Source: Auanema rhodensis
Taxonomy: Eukaryota > Animalia > Nematoda
Direction of reading: 5' to 3'
DNA: 64,000 nt
Assembly: GCA_964057225.1 (NCBI GenBank)
Contig: OZ059896.1
Location: forward strand, 2,418,001 to 2,482,000
In this document: piece after piece, positions 26,201 through 41,200 of the stretch
Layout of the letters: the number at the start of each line of letters is the position of its first letter
Position numbering within the stretch: position 1 is the stretch's first letter
Position numbers and translations under genes: made by a program
The notes under the pieces: generated by a model
The model's input: the letters and a program-made list of their open reading frames with translations, nothing else
What the model was told of the DNA's origin: nothing
Databases searched by the model: none

Positions 26201-29200
26201 TTCGAAAAATTTCAAAATAATTTAGCGAAAAGTAGATGTTTTTAGATTCCTTTTTTCGAGGCAAAAACGATGGACAATGTTATTCAACGAAAAAATTAAT
26301 TCTTCAGGGTGAAAATCGAGGATATAAGTGTGAACTTATATCAGTTGATATCTCGGTGCATTTTCAAGCTAGCGCAAATCTGATAGTACAGATCGACGCA
26401 GCTTAAAAATCCGCATCGAATGCACTATACTACATTGAGAAACGCTTAATACAAAAATTAGTCATGATCGTTTGAAAAATGATGCATTAGTGTATGTTGA
26501 GTTTCCATGTACACTCAACATTGCTTCCAAAAACATTTTGACAAAAATTTTTTCGAAAATTTCAAAATAATTTAGCGAAAAGTAGATGTTTTTAGATTCC
26601 TTTTTTCGAGGCAAAAACGATGGACAATGTTATTCAACGAAAAAATTAATTCTTCAGGGTGAAAATCGAAAATATAAGTGTGAACTTATATCAGTTGATA
26701 TCTCGGTGCATTTTTCAGCTAGCGCAAATCTGATAACACAGATCGACGCAGCTTAAAAATCCGCATCGAATGCACTATACTACATTGAGAAACGCTTTAT
26801 ACCAAAATTAGTTATGATCGTTTGAAAAATGATGCATTAGTGTATGTTGAGTTTCCATGTACACTCAAAATTGCTTCCAAAAACATTTTGACAAAAATTT
26901 TTTCGAAAAATTTCAAAATAATTTAGCGAAAAGTAGATGTTTTCAGATTCCTTTTTTTGAGGCAAAAACGATGGACAATGTTATTCAACGAAAAAATTAA
27001 TTCTTCAGGGTGAAAATCGAGGATATAAGTGTGAACTTATATCAGTTGATATCTCGGTGCCTTTTTAAGCTAGCGGAAATCTGATAACACAGATCGACGC
27101 AGCTTAAAAATCCGCATCGAATGCACTATACTACATTAAGAAAAGCTTAATACAAAAATTAGTTATGATCGTTTGGAAAATGATGCATTAGTGTATGTTG
27201 AGTTTCCATGTACACTCAAAATTGCTTCCAAAAACATTTTGACAAAAATTTTTTCGAAAAATTTCAAAATAATTTAGCGAAAAGTAGATGTTTTTAGATT
27301 CCTTTTTTCGAGGCAAAAACGATGGACAATGTTATTCAACGAAAAAATTAATTCTTCAGGGTGAAAATCGAGGATGTAAGTGTGAACTTATATCAGTTGA
27401 TATCTCGGTGCATTTTCAAGCTAGCGCAAATCTGATAGTACAGATCGACGCAGCTTAAAAATCCGCATCGAATGCACTATACTACATTGAGAAACGCTTA
27501 ATACAAAAATTAGTCATGATCGTTTGAAAAATGATGCATTAGTGTATGTTGAGTTTCCATGTACACTCAAAATTGCTTCCAAAAACATTTTGACAAAAAT
27601 TTTTTCGAAAAATTTCAAAAAAATTTAGCTAAAAGTAGATGTTTTTAGATTCCTTTTTTCGAGGCAAAAACGATGGACAATGTTATTCAACGAAAAAATT
27701 AATTCTTCAGGGTGAAAATCGAGGATATAAGTGTGAACTTATATCAGTAGATATCTCGGTGCATTTTCAAGCTAGCGCAAATCTGATAGTACAGATCGAC
27801 GCAGCTTAAAAATCCGCATCGAATGCACTATACTACATTGAGAAACGCTTAATACAAAAATTAGTTATGATCGTTTGAAAAATGATGCATTAGTGTATGT
27901 TGAGTTTCCATGTACACTCAAAATTGCTTCCAAAAACATTTTGACAAAAATTTTTTCGAAAAATTTCAAAATAATTTAGCGAAAAGTAGATGTTTTCAGA
28001 TTCCTTTTTTTGAGGCAAAAACGATGGACAATGTTATTCAACGAAAAAATTAATTCTTCAGGGTGAAAATCGAGGATATAAGTGTGAACTTATATCAGTT
28101 GATATCTCGGTGCCTTTTTAAGCTAGCGGAAATCTGATAACACAGATCGACGCAGCTTAAAAATCCGCATCGAATGCACTATACTACATTAAGAAAAGCT
28201 TAATACAAAAATTAGTTATGATCGTTTGGAAAATGATGCATTAGTGTATGTTGAGTTTCCATGTACACTCAAAATTGCTTCCAAAAACATTTTGACAAAA
28301 ATTTTTTCGAAAAATTTCAAAATAATTTAGCGAAAAGTAGATGTTTTTAGATTTCTTTTTTCGAGGCAAAAACGATGGACAATGTTATTCAACGAAAAAA
28401 TTAATTCTTCAGGGTGAAAATCGAGGATATAAGTGTGAACTTATATCAGTTGATATCTCGGTGCATTTTCAAGCTAGCGCAAATCCGATAACACAGATCG
28501 ACGCAGCTTAAAAATCCGCATCGAATGCACTATACCACATTGAGAAACGCTTAATACAAAAATTAGTTATGATCGTTTGAAAAATGATGCATTAGTGTAT
28601 GTTGAGTTTCCATGTACACTCAAAATTGCTTCCAAAAACATTTTGACAAAAATTTTTTCGAAAAATTTCAAAATAATTTAGCGAAAAGTAGATGTTTTTA
28701 GATTCCTTTTTTCGAGGCAAAAACGATGGACAATGTTATTCAACGAAAAAATTAATTCTTCAGGGTGAAAATCGAGGATATAAGTGTGAACTTATATCAG
28801 TTGATATCTCGGTGCATTTTCAAGCTAGCGCAAATCTGATAGTACAGATCGACGCAGCTTAAAAATCCGCATCGAATGCACTATACTACATTGAGAAACG
28901 CTTAATACAAAAATTAGTTATGATCGTTTGAAAAATGATGCATTAGTGTATGTTGAGTTTCCATGTACACTCAAAATTGCTTCCAAAAACATTTTGACAA
29001 AAATTTTTTCGAAAAATTTCAAAATAATTTAGCGAAAAGTAGATGTTTTTAGATTCCTTTTTTCGAGGCAAAAACGATGGACAATGTTATTCAACGAAAA
29101 AATTAATTCTTCAGGGTGAAAATCGAGGATATAAGTGTGAACTTATATCAGTTGATATCTCGGTGCATTTTCAAGCTAGCGCAAATCTGATAGTACAGAT

Positions 29201-32200
29201 CGACGCAGCTTAAAAATCCGCATCGAATGCACTATACTACATTGAGAAACGCTTAATACAAAAATTAGTTATGATCGTTTGAAAAATGATGCATTAGTGT
29301 ATGTTGAGTTTCCATGTACACTCAAAATTGCTTCCAAAAACATTTTGACAAAAATTTTTTCGAAAAATTTCAAAATAATTTAGCGAAAAGTAGATGTTTT
29401 TAGATTCCTTTTTTCGAGGCAAAAACGATGGACAATGTTATTCAACGAAAAAATTAATTCTTCAGGGTGAAAATCGAGGATATAAGTGTGAACTTATATC
29501 AGTTGATATCTCGGTGCATTTTCAAGCTAGCGCAAATCTGATAGTACAGATCGACGCAGCTTAAAAATCCGCATTGAATGCACTATACTACATTGTGAAA
29601 AGCTTAATACAAAAATTAGTTATGATCGTTTGGAAAATGATGCATTAGTGTATGTTGAGTTTCCATGTACACTCAAAATTGCTTCCAAAAACATTTTGAC
29701 AAAAATTTTTTCGAAAAATTTCAAAATAATTTAGCGAAAAGTAGATGTTTTTAGATTTCTTTTTTCGAGGCAAAAACGATGGACAATGTTATTCAACGAA
29801 AAAATTAATTCTTCAGGGTGAAAATCGAGGATATAAGTGTGAACTTATATCAGTTGATATCTCGGTGCATTTTCAAGCTAGCGCAAATCTGATAGTACAG
29901 ATCGACGCAGCTTAAAAATCCGCATCGAATACACTATACTACATTGAGAAACGCTTAATACAAAAATTAGTTATGATCGTTTGAAAAATGATGCATTAGT
30001 GTATGTTGAGTTTCCATGTACACTCAAAATTGCTTCCAAAAACATTTTGACAAAAAATTTTCGTAAAATTTCAAAATAATTTAGCGAAAAGTAGATGTTT
30101 TTAGATTCCTTTTTTCAAGGCAAAAACGATGGACAATGTTATTCAACGAAAAAATTAATTCTTCAGGGTGAAAATCGAGGATATAAGTGTGAACTTATAT
30201 CAGTTGATATCTCGGTGCATTTTTAAGCTAGCGCAAATCTGATAGTACAGATCGACGCAGCTTAAAAGTCCGCATCGAATGCACTATACTACATTAAGAA
30301 ACGCTTAATACAAAAATTAGTTATGATCGTTTGAAAAATGATGCATTAGTGTATGTTGAGTTTCCATGTACACTCAAAATTGCTTCCAAAAACATTTTGA
30401 CAAAAATTTTTTCGAAAAATTTCAAAATAATTTAGCAAAAAGTAAATGTTTTTAGATTCCTTTTTTCAAGGCAAAAACGATGGACAATGTTATTCAACGA
30501 AAAAATTAATTCTTCAGGGTGAAAATCGAGGATATAAGTGTGAACTTATATCAGTTGATATCTCGGTGCATTTTTAAGCTAGCGGAAATTTGATAACACA
30601 GATCGACGCAGCTTAAAAATCCGCATCGAATGCACTATACTACATTGAGAAACGCTTAATACAAAAATTAGTTATGATCGTTTGAAAAATGATGCATTAG
30701 TGTATGTTGAGTTTCCATGTACACTCAACATTGCTTCCAAAAACATTTTGACAAAAATTTTTTCGAAAAATTTCAAAATAATTTAGCGAAAAGTAGATGT
30801 TTTTAGATTCCTTTTTTCGAGGCAAAAACGATGGACAATGTTATTCAACGAAAAAATTAATTCTTCAGGGTGAAAATCGAGGATATAAGTGTGAACTTAT
30901 ATCAGTTGATATCTCGGTGCATTTTCAAGCTAGCGCAAATCCGATAACACAGATCGACGCAGCTTAAAAATCCGCATCGAATGCACTATACCACATTGAG
31001 AAACGCTCAATACAAAAATTAGTTATGATCGTTTGAAAAATGATGCATTAGTGTATGTTGAGTTTCCATGTACACTCAAAATTGCTTCCAAAAACATTTT
31101 GACAAAAATTTTTTCGAAAAATTTCAAAATAATTTAGCGAAAAGTAGATGTTTTTAGATTCCTTCTTTCGAGGCAAAAACGATGGACAATGTTATTCAAC
31201 GAAAAAATTAATTCTTCAGGGTGAAAATCGAGGATATAAGTGTGAACTTATATCAGTTGATATCTCGGTGCATTTTTAAGCTAGCGGAAATTTAATAACA
31301 CAGATCGACGCAGCTTAAAAATCCGCATCGAATGCACTATACTACATTAAGAAAAGCTTAATACAAAAATTAGTTATGATCGTTTGAAAAATGATGCATT
31401 AGTGTATGTTGAGTTTCCATGTACACTCAAAATTGCTTCCAAAAACATTTTGACAAAAAATTTTCGTAAAATTTCAAAATAATTTAGCGAAAAGTAGATG
31501 TTTTTAGATTCCTTTTTTCAAGGCAAAAACGATGGACAATGTTATTCAACGAAAAAATTAATTCTTCAGGGTGAAAATCGAGGATATAAGTGTGAACTTA
31601 TATCAGTTGATATCTCGGTGCATTTTCAAGCTAGCGCAAATCTGATAGTACAGATCGACGCAGCTTAAAAATCCGCATTGAATGCACTATACTACATTGT
31701 GAAAAGCTTAATACAAAAATTAGTTATGATCGTTTGAAAAATGATGCATTAGTGTATGTTGAGTTTCCATGTACACTCAACATTGCTTCCAAAAACATTT
31801 TGACAAAAATTTTTTCGAAAAATTTCAAAATAATTTAGCAAAAAGTAGATGTTTTTAGATTTCTTTTTTCGAGGCAAAAACGATGGACAATGTTATTCAA
31901 CGAAAAAATTAATTCTTCAGGGTGAAAATCGAGGATATAAGTGTGAACTTATATCAGTTGATATCTCGGTGCATTTTCAAGCTAGCGCAAATCTGATAGT
32001 ACAGATCGACGCAGCTTAAAAATCCGCATCGAATACACTATACTACATTGAGAAACGCTTAATACAAAAATTAGTTATGATTGTTTGAAAAATGATGCAT
32101 TAGTGTATGTTGAGTTTCCATGTACACTCAAAATTGCTTCCAAAAACATTTTGACAAAAAATTTTCGTAAAATTTCAAAATAATTTAGCGAAAAGTAGAT

Positions 32201-35200
32201 GTTTTTAGATTCCTTTTTTCAAGGCAAAAACGATGGACAATGTTATTCAACGAAAAAATTAATTCTTCAGGGTGAAAATCGAGGATATAAGTGTGAACTT
32301 ATATCAGTTGATATCTCGGTGCATTTTTAAGCTAGCGCAAATCTGATAGTACAGATCGACGCAGCTTAAAAGTCCGCATCGAATGCACTATACTACATTA
32401 AGAAACGCTTAATACAAAAATTAGTTATGATCGTTTGAAAAATGATGCATTAGTGTATGTTGAGTTTCCATGTACACTCAAAATTGCTTCCAAAAACATT
32501 TTGACAAAAATTTTTTCGAAAAATTTCAAAATAATTTAGCAAAAAGTAAATGTTTTTAGATTCCTTTTTTCAAGGCAAAAACGATGGACAATGTTATTCA
32601 ACGAAAAAATTAATTCTTCAGGGTGAAAATCGAGGATATAAGTGTGAACTTATATCAGTTGATATCTCGGTGCATTTTCAAGCTAGCGCAAATCTGATAG
32701 TACAGATCGACGCAGCTTAAAAATCCGCATCGAATGCACTATACTACATTAAGAAAAGCTTAATACAAAAATTAGTTATGATCGTTTGAAAAATGATGCA
32801 ATAGTGTATGTTGAGTTTCCATGTACACTCAAAATTGCTTCCAAAAACATTTTGACAAAAATTTTTTCAAAAAATTTCAAAATAATTTAGCGAAAAGTAG
32901 ATGTTTTTAGATTCCTTTTTTCAAGGCAAAAACGATGGACAATGTTATTCAACGAAAAAATTAATTCTTCAGGGTGAAAATCGAGGATATAGGTGTGAAC
33001 TTATATCAGTTGATATCTCGGTGCATTTTTCAGCTAGCGCAAATCTGATGACACAGATCGACGCAGCTTAAAAATCCGCATCGAATGCACTATATTACAT
33101 TTAAAAACGCTTAATACCAAAATTAGTTATGATCGTTTGAAAAATGATGCATTAGTGTATGTCGAGTTTCCATGTACACTCAAAATTGCTTCCAAAAACA
33201 TTTTGACAAAAATTTTTTCGAAAAATTTCAAAATAATTTAGCAAAAAGTAGATGTTTTTAGATTCCTTTTTTCGAGGCAAAAACGATGGACAATGTTATT
33301 CAACGAAAAAATAATTCTTCAGGGTAAAAATCGAGGATATAAGTGTGAACTTATATCAGTTGATATCTCGGTGCATTTTCAAGCTAGCGCAAATCTGATA
33401 GTACAGTTCGACGCAGCTTAAAAATCCGCATCGAATGCACTATACTACATTGAGAAACGCTTAATACAAAAATTAGTTATGATCGTTTGAAAAATGATGC
33501 ATTAGTGTATGTTGAGTTTCCATGTACACTCAACATTGCTTCCAAAAACATTTTGACAAAAATTTTTTCGAAAATTTCAAAATAATTTAGCGAAAAGTAG
33601 ATGTTTTTAGATTCCTTTTTTCGAGGCAAAAACGATGGACAATGTTATTCAACGAAAAAATTAATTCTTCAGGGTGAAAATCGAGGATATAAGTGTGAAC
33701 TTATATCAGTTGATATCTCGGTGCATTTTCAAGCTAGCGCAAATCTGATAGTACAGATCGACGCAGCTTAAAATCCCGCATCGAATACACTATACTACAT
33801 TGAGAAACGCTTAATACAAAAATTAGTTATGATCGTTTGAAAAATGATGCATTAGTGTATGTTGAGTTTCCATGTACACTCAAAATTGCTTCCAAAAACA
33901 TTTTGACAAAAATTTTTTCAAAAAATTTCAAAATAATTTAGCGAAAAGTAGATGTTTTTAGATTCCTGTTTTCAAGGCAAAAACGATGGACAATGTTATT
34001 CAACGAAAAAATTAATTCTTCAGGGTGAAAATCGAGGATATAGGTGTGAACTTATATCAGTTGATATCTCGGTGCATTTTCAAGCTAGCGCAAATCTGAT
34101 AGTACAGATCGACGCAGCTTAAAAATCCGCATCGAATGCACTATACTACATTGAGAAACGCTTAATACAAAAATTAGTTATGATCGTTTGAAAAATGATG
34201 CATTAGTGTATGTTGAGTTTCCATGTACACTCAAAATTGCTTCCAAAAACATTTTGACAAAAATTTTTTCGAAAAATTTCAAAATAATTTAGCGAAAAGT
34301 AGATGTTTTTAGATTCCTTTTTTTGAGGCAAAAACGATGGACAATGTTATTCAACGAAAAAATTAATTCTTCAGGGTGAAAATCGAAGATATAAGTGTGA
34401 ACTTATATCAGTTGATATCTCGGTGCATTTTTAAGCTAGCGGAAATTTGATAACACAGATCGACGCAGCTTAAAAATCCGCATCGAATGCACTATACTAC
34501 ATTAAGAAAAGCTTAATACAAAAATTAGTTATGATCGTTTGAAAAATGATGCATTAGTGTATGTTGAGTTTCCATGTACACTCAACATTGCTTCCAAAAA
34601 CATTTTGACAAAAATTTTTTCGAAAAATTTCAAAATAATTTAGCGAAAAGTAGATGTTTTTAGATTCCTTTTTTCGAGGCAAAAACGATGGACAATGTTA
34701 TTCAACGAAAAAATTAATTCTTCAGGGTGAAAATCGAGGATATAAGTGTGAACTTATATCAGTTGATATCTCGGTGCATTTTCAAGCTAGCGCAAATCTG
34801 ATAGTACAGATCGACGCAGCTTAAAAATCCGCATCGAATGCACTATACTACATTGAGAAACGCTTAATACAAAAATTAGTTATGATCGTTTGAAAAATGA
34901 TGCATTAGTGTATGTTGAGTTTCCATGTACACTCAAAATTGCTTCCAAAAACATTTTGACAAAAATTTTTTCAAAAAATTTCAAAATAATTTAGCGAAAA
35001 GTAGATGTTTTTAGATTCCTTTTTTCAAGGCAAAAACGATGGACAATGTTATTCAACGAAAAAAATAATTCTTCAGGGTGAAAATCGAGGATATATGTGT
35101 GAACTTATATCAGTTGATATCTCGGTGCATTTTTAAGCTAGCGCAAATCTGATAGTACAGATCGACGCAGCTTATAATCCGCATCGAATGCACTATACTA

Positions 35201-38200
35201 CATTGAGAAACGCTTAATACAAAAATAAGTTATGATCGTTTGAAAAATGATGCATTAGTGTATGTTGAGTTTCCATGTACACTCAAAATTGCTTCCAAAA
35301 ACATTTTGACAAAAATTTTTTCAAAAAATTTCAAAATAATTTAGCGAAAAGTAGATGTTTTTAGATTCCTTTTTTCAAGGCAAAAACGATGGACAATGTT
35401 ATTCAACGAAAAAATTAATTCTTCAGGGTGAAAATCGAGGATATAGGTGTGAACTTATATCAGTTGATATCTCGGTGCATTTTTAAGCTAGCGCAAATCT
35501 GATAGTACAGATCGACGCAGCTTAATAATCCGCATCGAATGCACTATACTACATTGAGAAACGCTTAAAACAAAAAATAGTTATGATCTTTTGAAAAATG
35601 ATGCATTAGTGTATGTTGAGTTTCCATGTACACTCAAAATTGCTTCCAAAAACATTTTGACAAAAATTTTTTCGAAAAATTTCAAAATAATTTAGCAAAA
35701 AGTAGATGTTTTTAGATTCCTTTTTTCGAGGCAAAAACGATGGACAATGTTATTCAACGAAAAAATCAATTCTTCAGGGTGAAAATCGAGGATATAAGTG
35801 TGAACTTATATCAGTTGATATCTCGGTGCATTTTCGAGCTAGCGCAAATCTGATAGTACAGATCGACGAAGCTTAAAAATCCGCATCGAATGCACTATAC
35901 TACATTGAGAAACGCTTAATACAAAAATAAGTTATGATCGTTTGAAAAATGATGCATTAGTGTATGTTGAGTTTCCATGTACACTCAAAATTGCTTCCAA
36001 AAACATTTTGACAAAAATTTTTTCGAAAAATTTCAAAATAATTTAGCAAAAAGTAGATGTGTTTAGATTCCTTTTTTCAAGGCAAAAACGATGGACAATG
36101 TTATTCAACGAAAAAATTAATTCTTCAGGGTGAAAATAGAGGATATAGGTGTAAACTTATATCAGTTGATATCTCGGTGCATTTTCAAGCCAGCGCAAAT
36201 CTGATAGTACAGATCGACGCAGCTTAAAAATCCGCATCGAATGCACTATACTACATTGAGAAACGCTTAATAAAAAAATTAGTTATGATCGTTTGAAAAA
36301 TGATGCATTAGTGTATGTTGAGTTTCCATGTACACTCCAAATTGCTTCCAAAAACATTTTGACAAAAAATTTTTCGAAAAATTTCAAAATAATTTAGCGA
36401 AAAGTAGATGTTTTTAGATTCCTTTTTTCGAGGCAAAAACGATGGACAATGTTATTCAACGAAAAAATTAATTCTTCAGGGTGAAAATCGAGGATATAAG
36501 TGTGAACTTATATCAGTTGATATCTCGGTGCATTTTCAAGCTAGCGCAAATCTGATAGTACAGATCGACGCAGCTTAATAATCCGCATCGAATGCACTAT
36601 ACTACATTGAGAAACGCTTAATACAAAAATTAGTTATGATCTTTTGAAAAATGATGCATTAGTGTATGTTGAGTTTCCATGTACACTCAAAATTGCTTCC
36701 AAAAACATTTTGACAAAAATTTTTTCGAAAAATTTCAAAATAATTTAGCAAAAAGTAGATGTTTTTAGATTCCTTTTTTCGAGGCAAAAACGATGGACAA
36801 TGTTATTCAACGAAAAAATTAATTCTTCAGGGTGAAAATCGAGGATATAAGTGTGAACTTATATCAGTTGATATCTCGGTGCATTTTCGAGCTAGCGCAA
36901 ATCTGATAGTACAGATCGACGCAGCTTAAAAATCCGCATCGAATGCACTATACTACATTGAGAAACGCTTAATACAAAAATTAGTTATGATCGTTTGAAA
37001 AATGATGCATTAGTGTATGTTGAGTTTCCATGTACACTCCAAATTGCTTCCAAAAACATTTTGACAAAAATTTTTTCGAAAAATTTCAAAATAATTTAGC
37101 GAAAAGTAGATGTTTTTAGATTCCTTTTTTCGAGGCAAAAACGATGGACAATGTTATTCAACGAAAAAATTAATTCTTCAGGGTGAAAATCGAGGATATA
37201 AGTGTGAACTTATATCAGTTGATATCTCGGTGCATTTTTAAGCTAGCGGAAATTTGATAACACAGATCGACGCAGCTTAAAAATCCGCATCGAATGCACT
37301 ATACTACATTGAGAAACGCTTAATACAAAAATTAGTTATGATCGTTTGAAAAATGATGCATTAGTGTATGTTGAGTTTCCATGTACACTCAACATTGCTT
37401 CCAAAAACATTTTGACAAAAATTTTTTCGAAAAATTTCAAAATAATTTAGCGAAAAGTAGATGTTTTTAGATTCCTTTTTTCGAGGCAAAAACGATGGAC
37501 AATGTTATTCAACGAAAAAATCAATTCTTCAGGGTGAAAATCGAGGATATAAGTGTGAACTTATATCAGTTGATATCTCGGTGCATTTTCGAGCTAGCGC
37601 AAATCTGATAGTACAGATCGACGCAGCTTAAAAATCCGCATCGAATGCACTATACTACATTGAGAAACGCTTAATACAAAAATAAGTTATGATCGTTTGA
37701 AAAATGATGCATTAGTGTATGTTGAGTTTCCATGTACACTCAAAATTGCTTCCAAAAACATTTTGACAAAAATTTTTTCGAAAAATTTCAAAATAATTTA
37801 GCAAAAAGTAGATGTTTATAGATTCCTTTTTTCAAGGCAAAAACGATGGACAATGTTATTCAACCAAAAAATTAATTCTTCAGGGTGAAAATCGAGGATA
37901 TAGGTGTGAACTTATATCAGTTGATATCTCGGTGCATTTTCAAGCCAGCGCAAATCTGATAGTACAGATCGACGCAGCTTAATAATCCGCATCGAATGCA
38001 CTATACTACATTGAGCAACGCTTAATACAAAAATTAGTTATGATCGTTTGAAAAATGATGCATTAGTGTATGTTGAGTTTCCATGTACACTCAAAATTGC
38101 TTCCAAAAACATTTTGACAAAAATTTTTTCGAAAAATTTCAAAATAATTTAGCGAAAAGTAGATGTTTTTAGATTCCTTTTTTCGAGGCAAAAACGATGG

Positions 38201-41200
38201 ACAATGTTATTCAACGAAAAAATTAATTCTTCAGGGTGAAAATCGAGGATATAAGTGTGAACTTATATCAGTTGATATCTCGGTGCATTTTCAAGCTAGC
38301 GCAAATCTGATAGTACAGATCGACGCAGCTTAATAATCCGCATCGAATGCACTATACTACATTGAGAAACGCTTAATACAAAAATTAGTTATGATCTTTT
38401 GAAAAATGATGCATTAGTGTATGTTGAGTTTCCATGTACACTCAAAATTGCTTCCAAAAACATTTTGACAAAAATTTTTTCGAAAAATTTCAAAATAATT
38501 TAGCAAAAAGTAGATGTTTTTAGATTCCTTTTTTCGAGGCAAAAACGATGGACAATGTTATTCAACGAAAAAATTAATTCTTCAGGGTGAAAATCGAGGA
38601 TATAAGTGTGAACTTATATCAGTTGATATCTCGGTGCATTTTCGAGCTAGCGCAAATCTGATAGTACAGATCGACGCAGCTTAAAAATCCGCATCGAATG
38701 CACTATACTACATTGAGAAACGCTTAATACAAAAATTAGTTATGATCGTTTGAAAAATGATGCATTAGTGTATGTTGAGTTTCCATGTACACTCCAAATT
38801 GCTTCCAAAAACATTTTGACAAAAATTTTTTCGAAAAATTTCAAGATAATTTAGCGAAAAGTAGATGTTTTTAGATTCCTTTTTTCGAGGCAAAAACGAT
38901 GGACAATGTTATTCAACGAAAAAATTAATTCTTCAGGGTGAAAATCGAGGATATAAGTGTGAACTTATATCAGTTGATATCTCGGTGCATTTTTAAGCTA
39001 GCGGAAATTTGATAACACAGATCGACGCAGCTTAAAAATCCGCATCGAATGCACTATACTACATTGAGAAACGCTTAATACAAAAATTAGTTATGATCGT
39101 TTGAAAAATGATGCATTAGTGTATGTTGAGTTTCCATGTACACTCAACATTGCTTCCAAAAACATTTTGACAAAAATTTTTTCGAAAAATTTCAAAATAA
39201 TTTAGCGAAAAGTAGATGTTTTTAGATTCCTTTTTTCGAGGCAAAAACGATGGACAATGTTATTCAACGAAAAAATCAATTCTTCAGGGTGAAAATCGAG
39301 GATATAAGTGTGAACTTATATCAGTTGATATCTCGGTGCATTTTCGAGCTAGCGCAAATCTGATAGTACAGATCGACGCAGCTTAAAAATCCGCATCGAA
39401 TGCACTATACTACATTGAGAAACGCTTAATACAAAAATAAGTTATGATCGTTTGAAAAATGATGCATTAGTGTATGTTGAGTTTCCATGTACACTCAAAA
39501 TTGCTTCCAAAAACATTTTGACAAAAATTTTTTCGAAAAATTTCAAAATAATTTAGCAAAAAGTAGATGTTTTTAGATTCCTTTTTTCAAGGCAAAAACG
39601 ATGGACAATGTTATTCAACCAAAAAATTAATTCTTCAGGGTGAAAATCGAGGATATAGGTGTGAACTTATATCAGTTGATATCTCGGTGCATTTTCAAGC
39701 CAGCGCAAATCTGATAGTACAGATCGACGCAGCTTAAAAATCCGCATCGAATGCACTATACTACATTGAGAAACGCTTAATACAAAAATTAGTTATGATC
39801 GTTTGAAAAATGATGCATTAGTGTATGTTGAGTTTCCATGTACACTCCAAATTGCTTCCAAAAACATTTTGACAAAAATTTTTTCGAAAAATTTCAAAAT
39901 AATTTAGCGAAAAGTAGATGTTTTTAGATTCCTTTTTTCGAGGCAAAAACGATGGACAATGTTATTCAACGAAAAAATTAATTCTTCAGGGTGAAAATCG
40001 AAAATATAAGTGTGAACTTATATCAGTTGATATCTCGGTGCATTTTTCAGCTAGCGGAAATTTGATAACACAGATCGACGCAGCTTAAAAATCCGCATCG
40101 AATGCACTATACTACATTGAGAAACGCTTAATACAAAAATTAGTTATGATCGTTTGAAAAATGATGCATTAGTGTATGTTGAGTTTCCATGTACACTCAA
40201 CATTGCTTCCAAAAACATTTTGACAAAAATTTTTTCGAAAAATTTCAAAATAATTTAGCGAAAAGTAGATGTTTTTAGATTCCTTTTTTTGAGGCAAAAA
40301 CGATGGACAATGTTATTCAACGGAAAAATTAATTCTTCAGGGTGAAAATCGAGGATATAAGTGTGAACTTATATCAGTTGATATCTCGGTGCATTTTCAA
40401 GCTAGCGCAAATCTGATAGTACAGATCGACGCAGCTTAAAAATCCGCATCGAATGCACTATACTACATTGAGAAACGCTTAATACAAAAATTAGTTATGA
40501 TCGTTCGAAAAATGATGCATTAGTGTATGTTGAGTTTCCATGTACACTCAAAATTGCTTCCAAAAACATTTTGACAAAAATTTTTTCAAAAAATTTCAAA
40601 ATAATTTAGCGAAAAGTAGATGTTTTTAGATTCCTTTTTTCAAGGCCAAAACGAAGGACAATGTAATTCAACGAAAAAATTAATTCTTCAGGGTGAAAAT
40701 CGAGGATATAAGTGTGAACTTATATCAGTTCATATCTCGGTGCATTTTCAAGCTAGCGCAAATCTGATAGTACAGATCGACGCAGCATAAAAATCCGCAT
40801 CGAATGCACTATACTAAATTGAGAAACGCTTAATACAAAAAATAGTTATGATCGTTTGAAAAATGATGCATTAGTGTATGTTGAGTTTCCATGTACACTC
40901 AACATTGCTTCCAAAAACATTTTGACAAAAATTTTTTCGAAAATTTCAAAATAATTTAGCGAAAAGTAGATGTTTTTGGATTCCTTTTTTCGAGGCAAAA
41001 ACAATGGACAATGTTATTTAACGAAAAAATTAATTCTTCAGGGTGAAAATCGAAAATATAAGTGTGAACTTATATCAGTTGATATCTCGGTGCATTTTTC
41101 AGCTAGCGCAAATCTGATAACACAGATCGACGCAGCTTAAAAATCCGCATCGAATGCACTATACTACATTAAGAAAAGCTTAATACAAAAATTAGTTATG

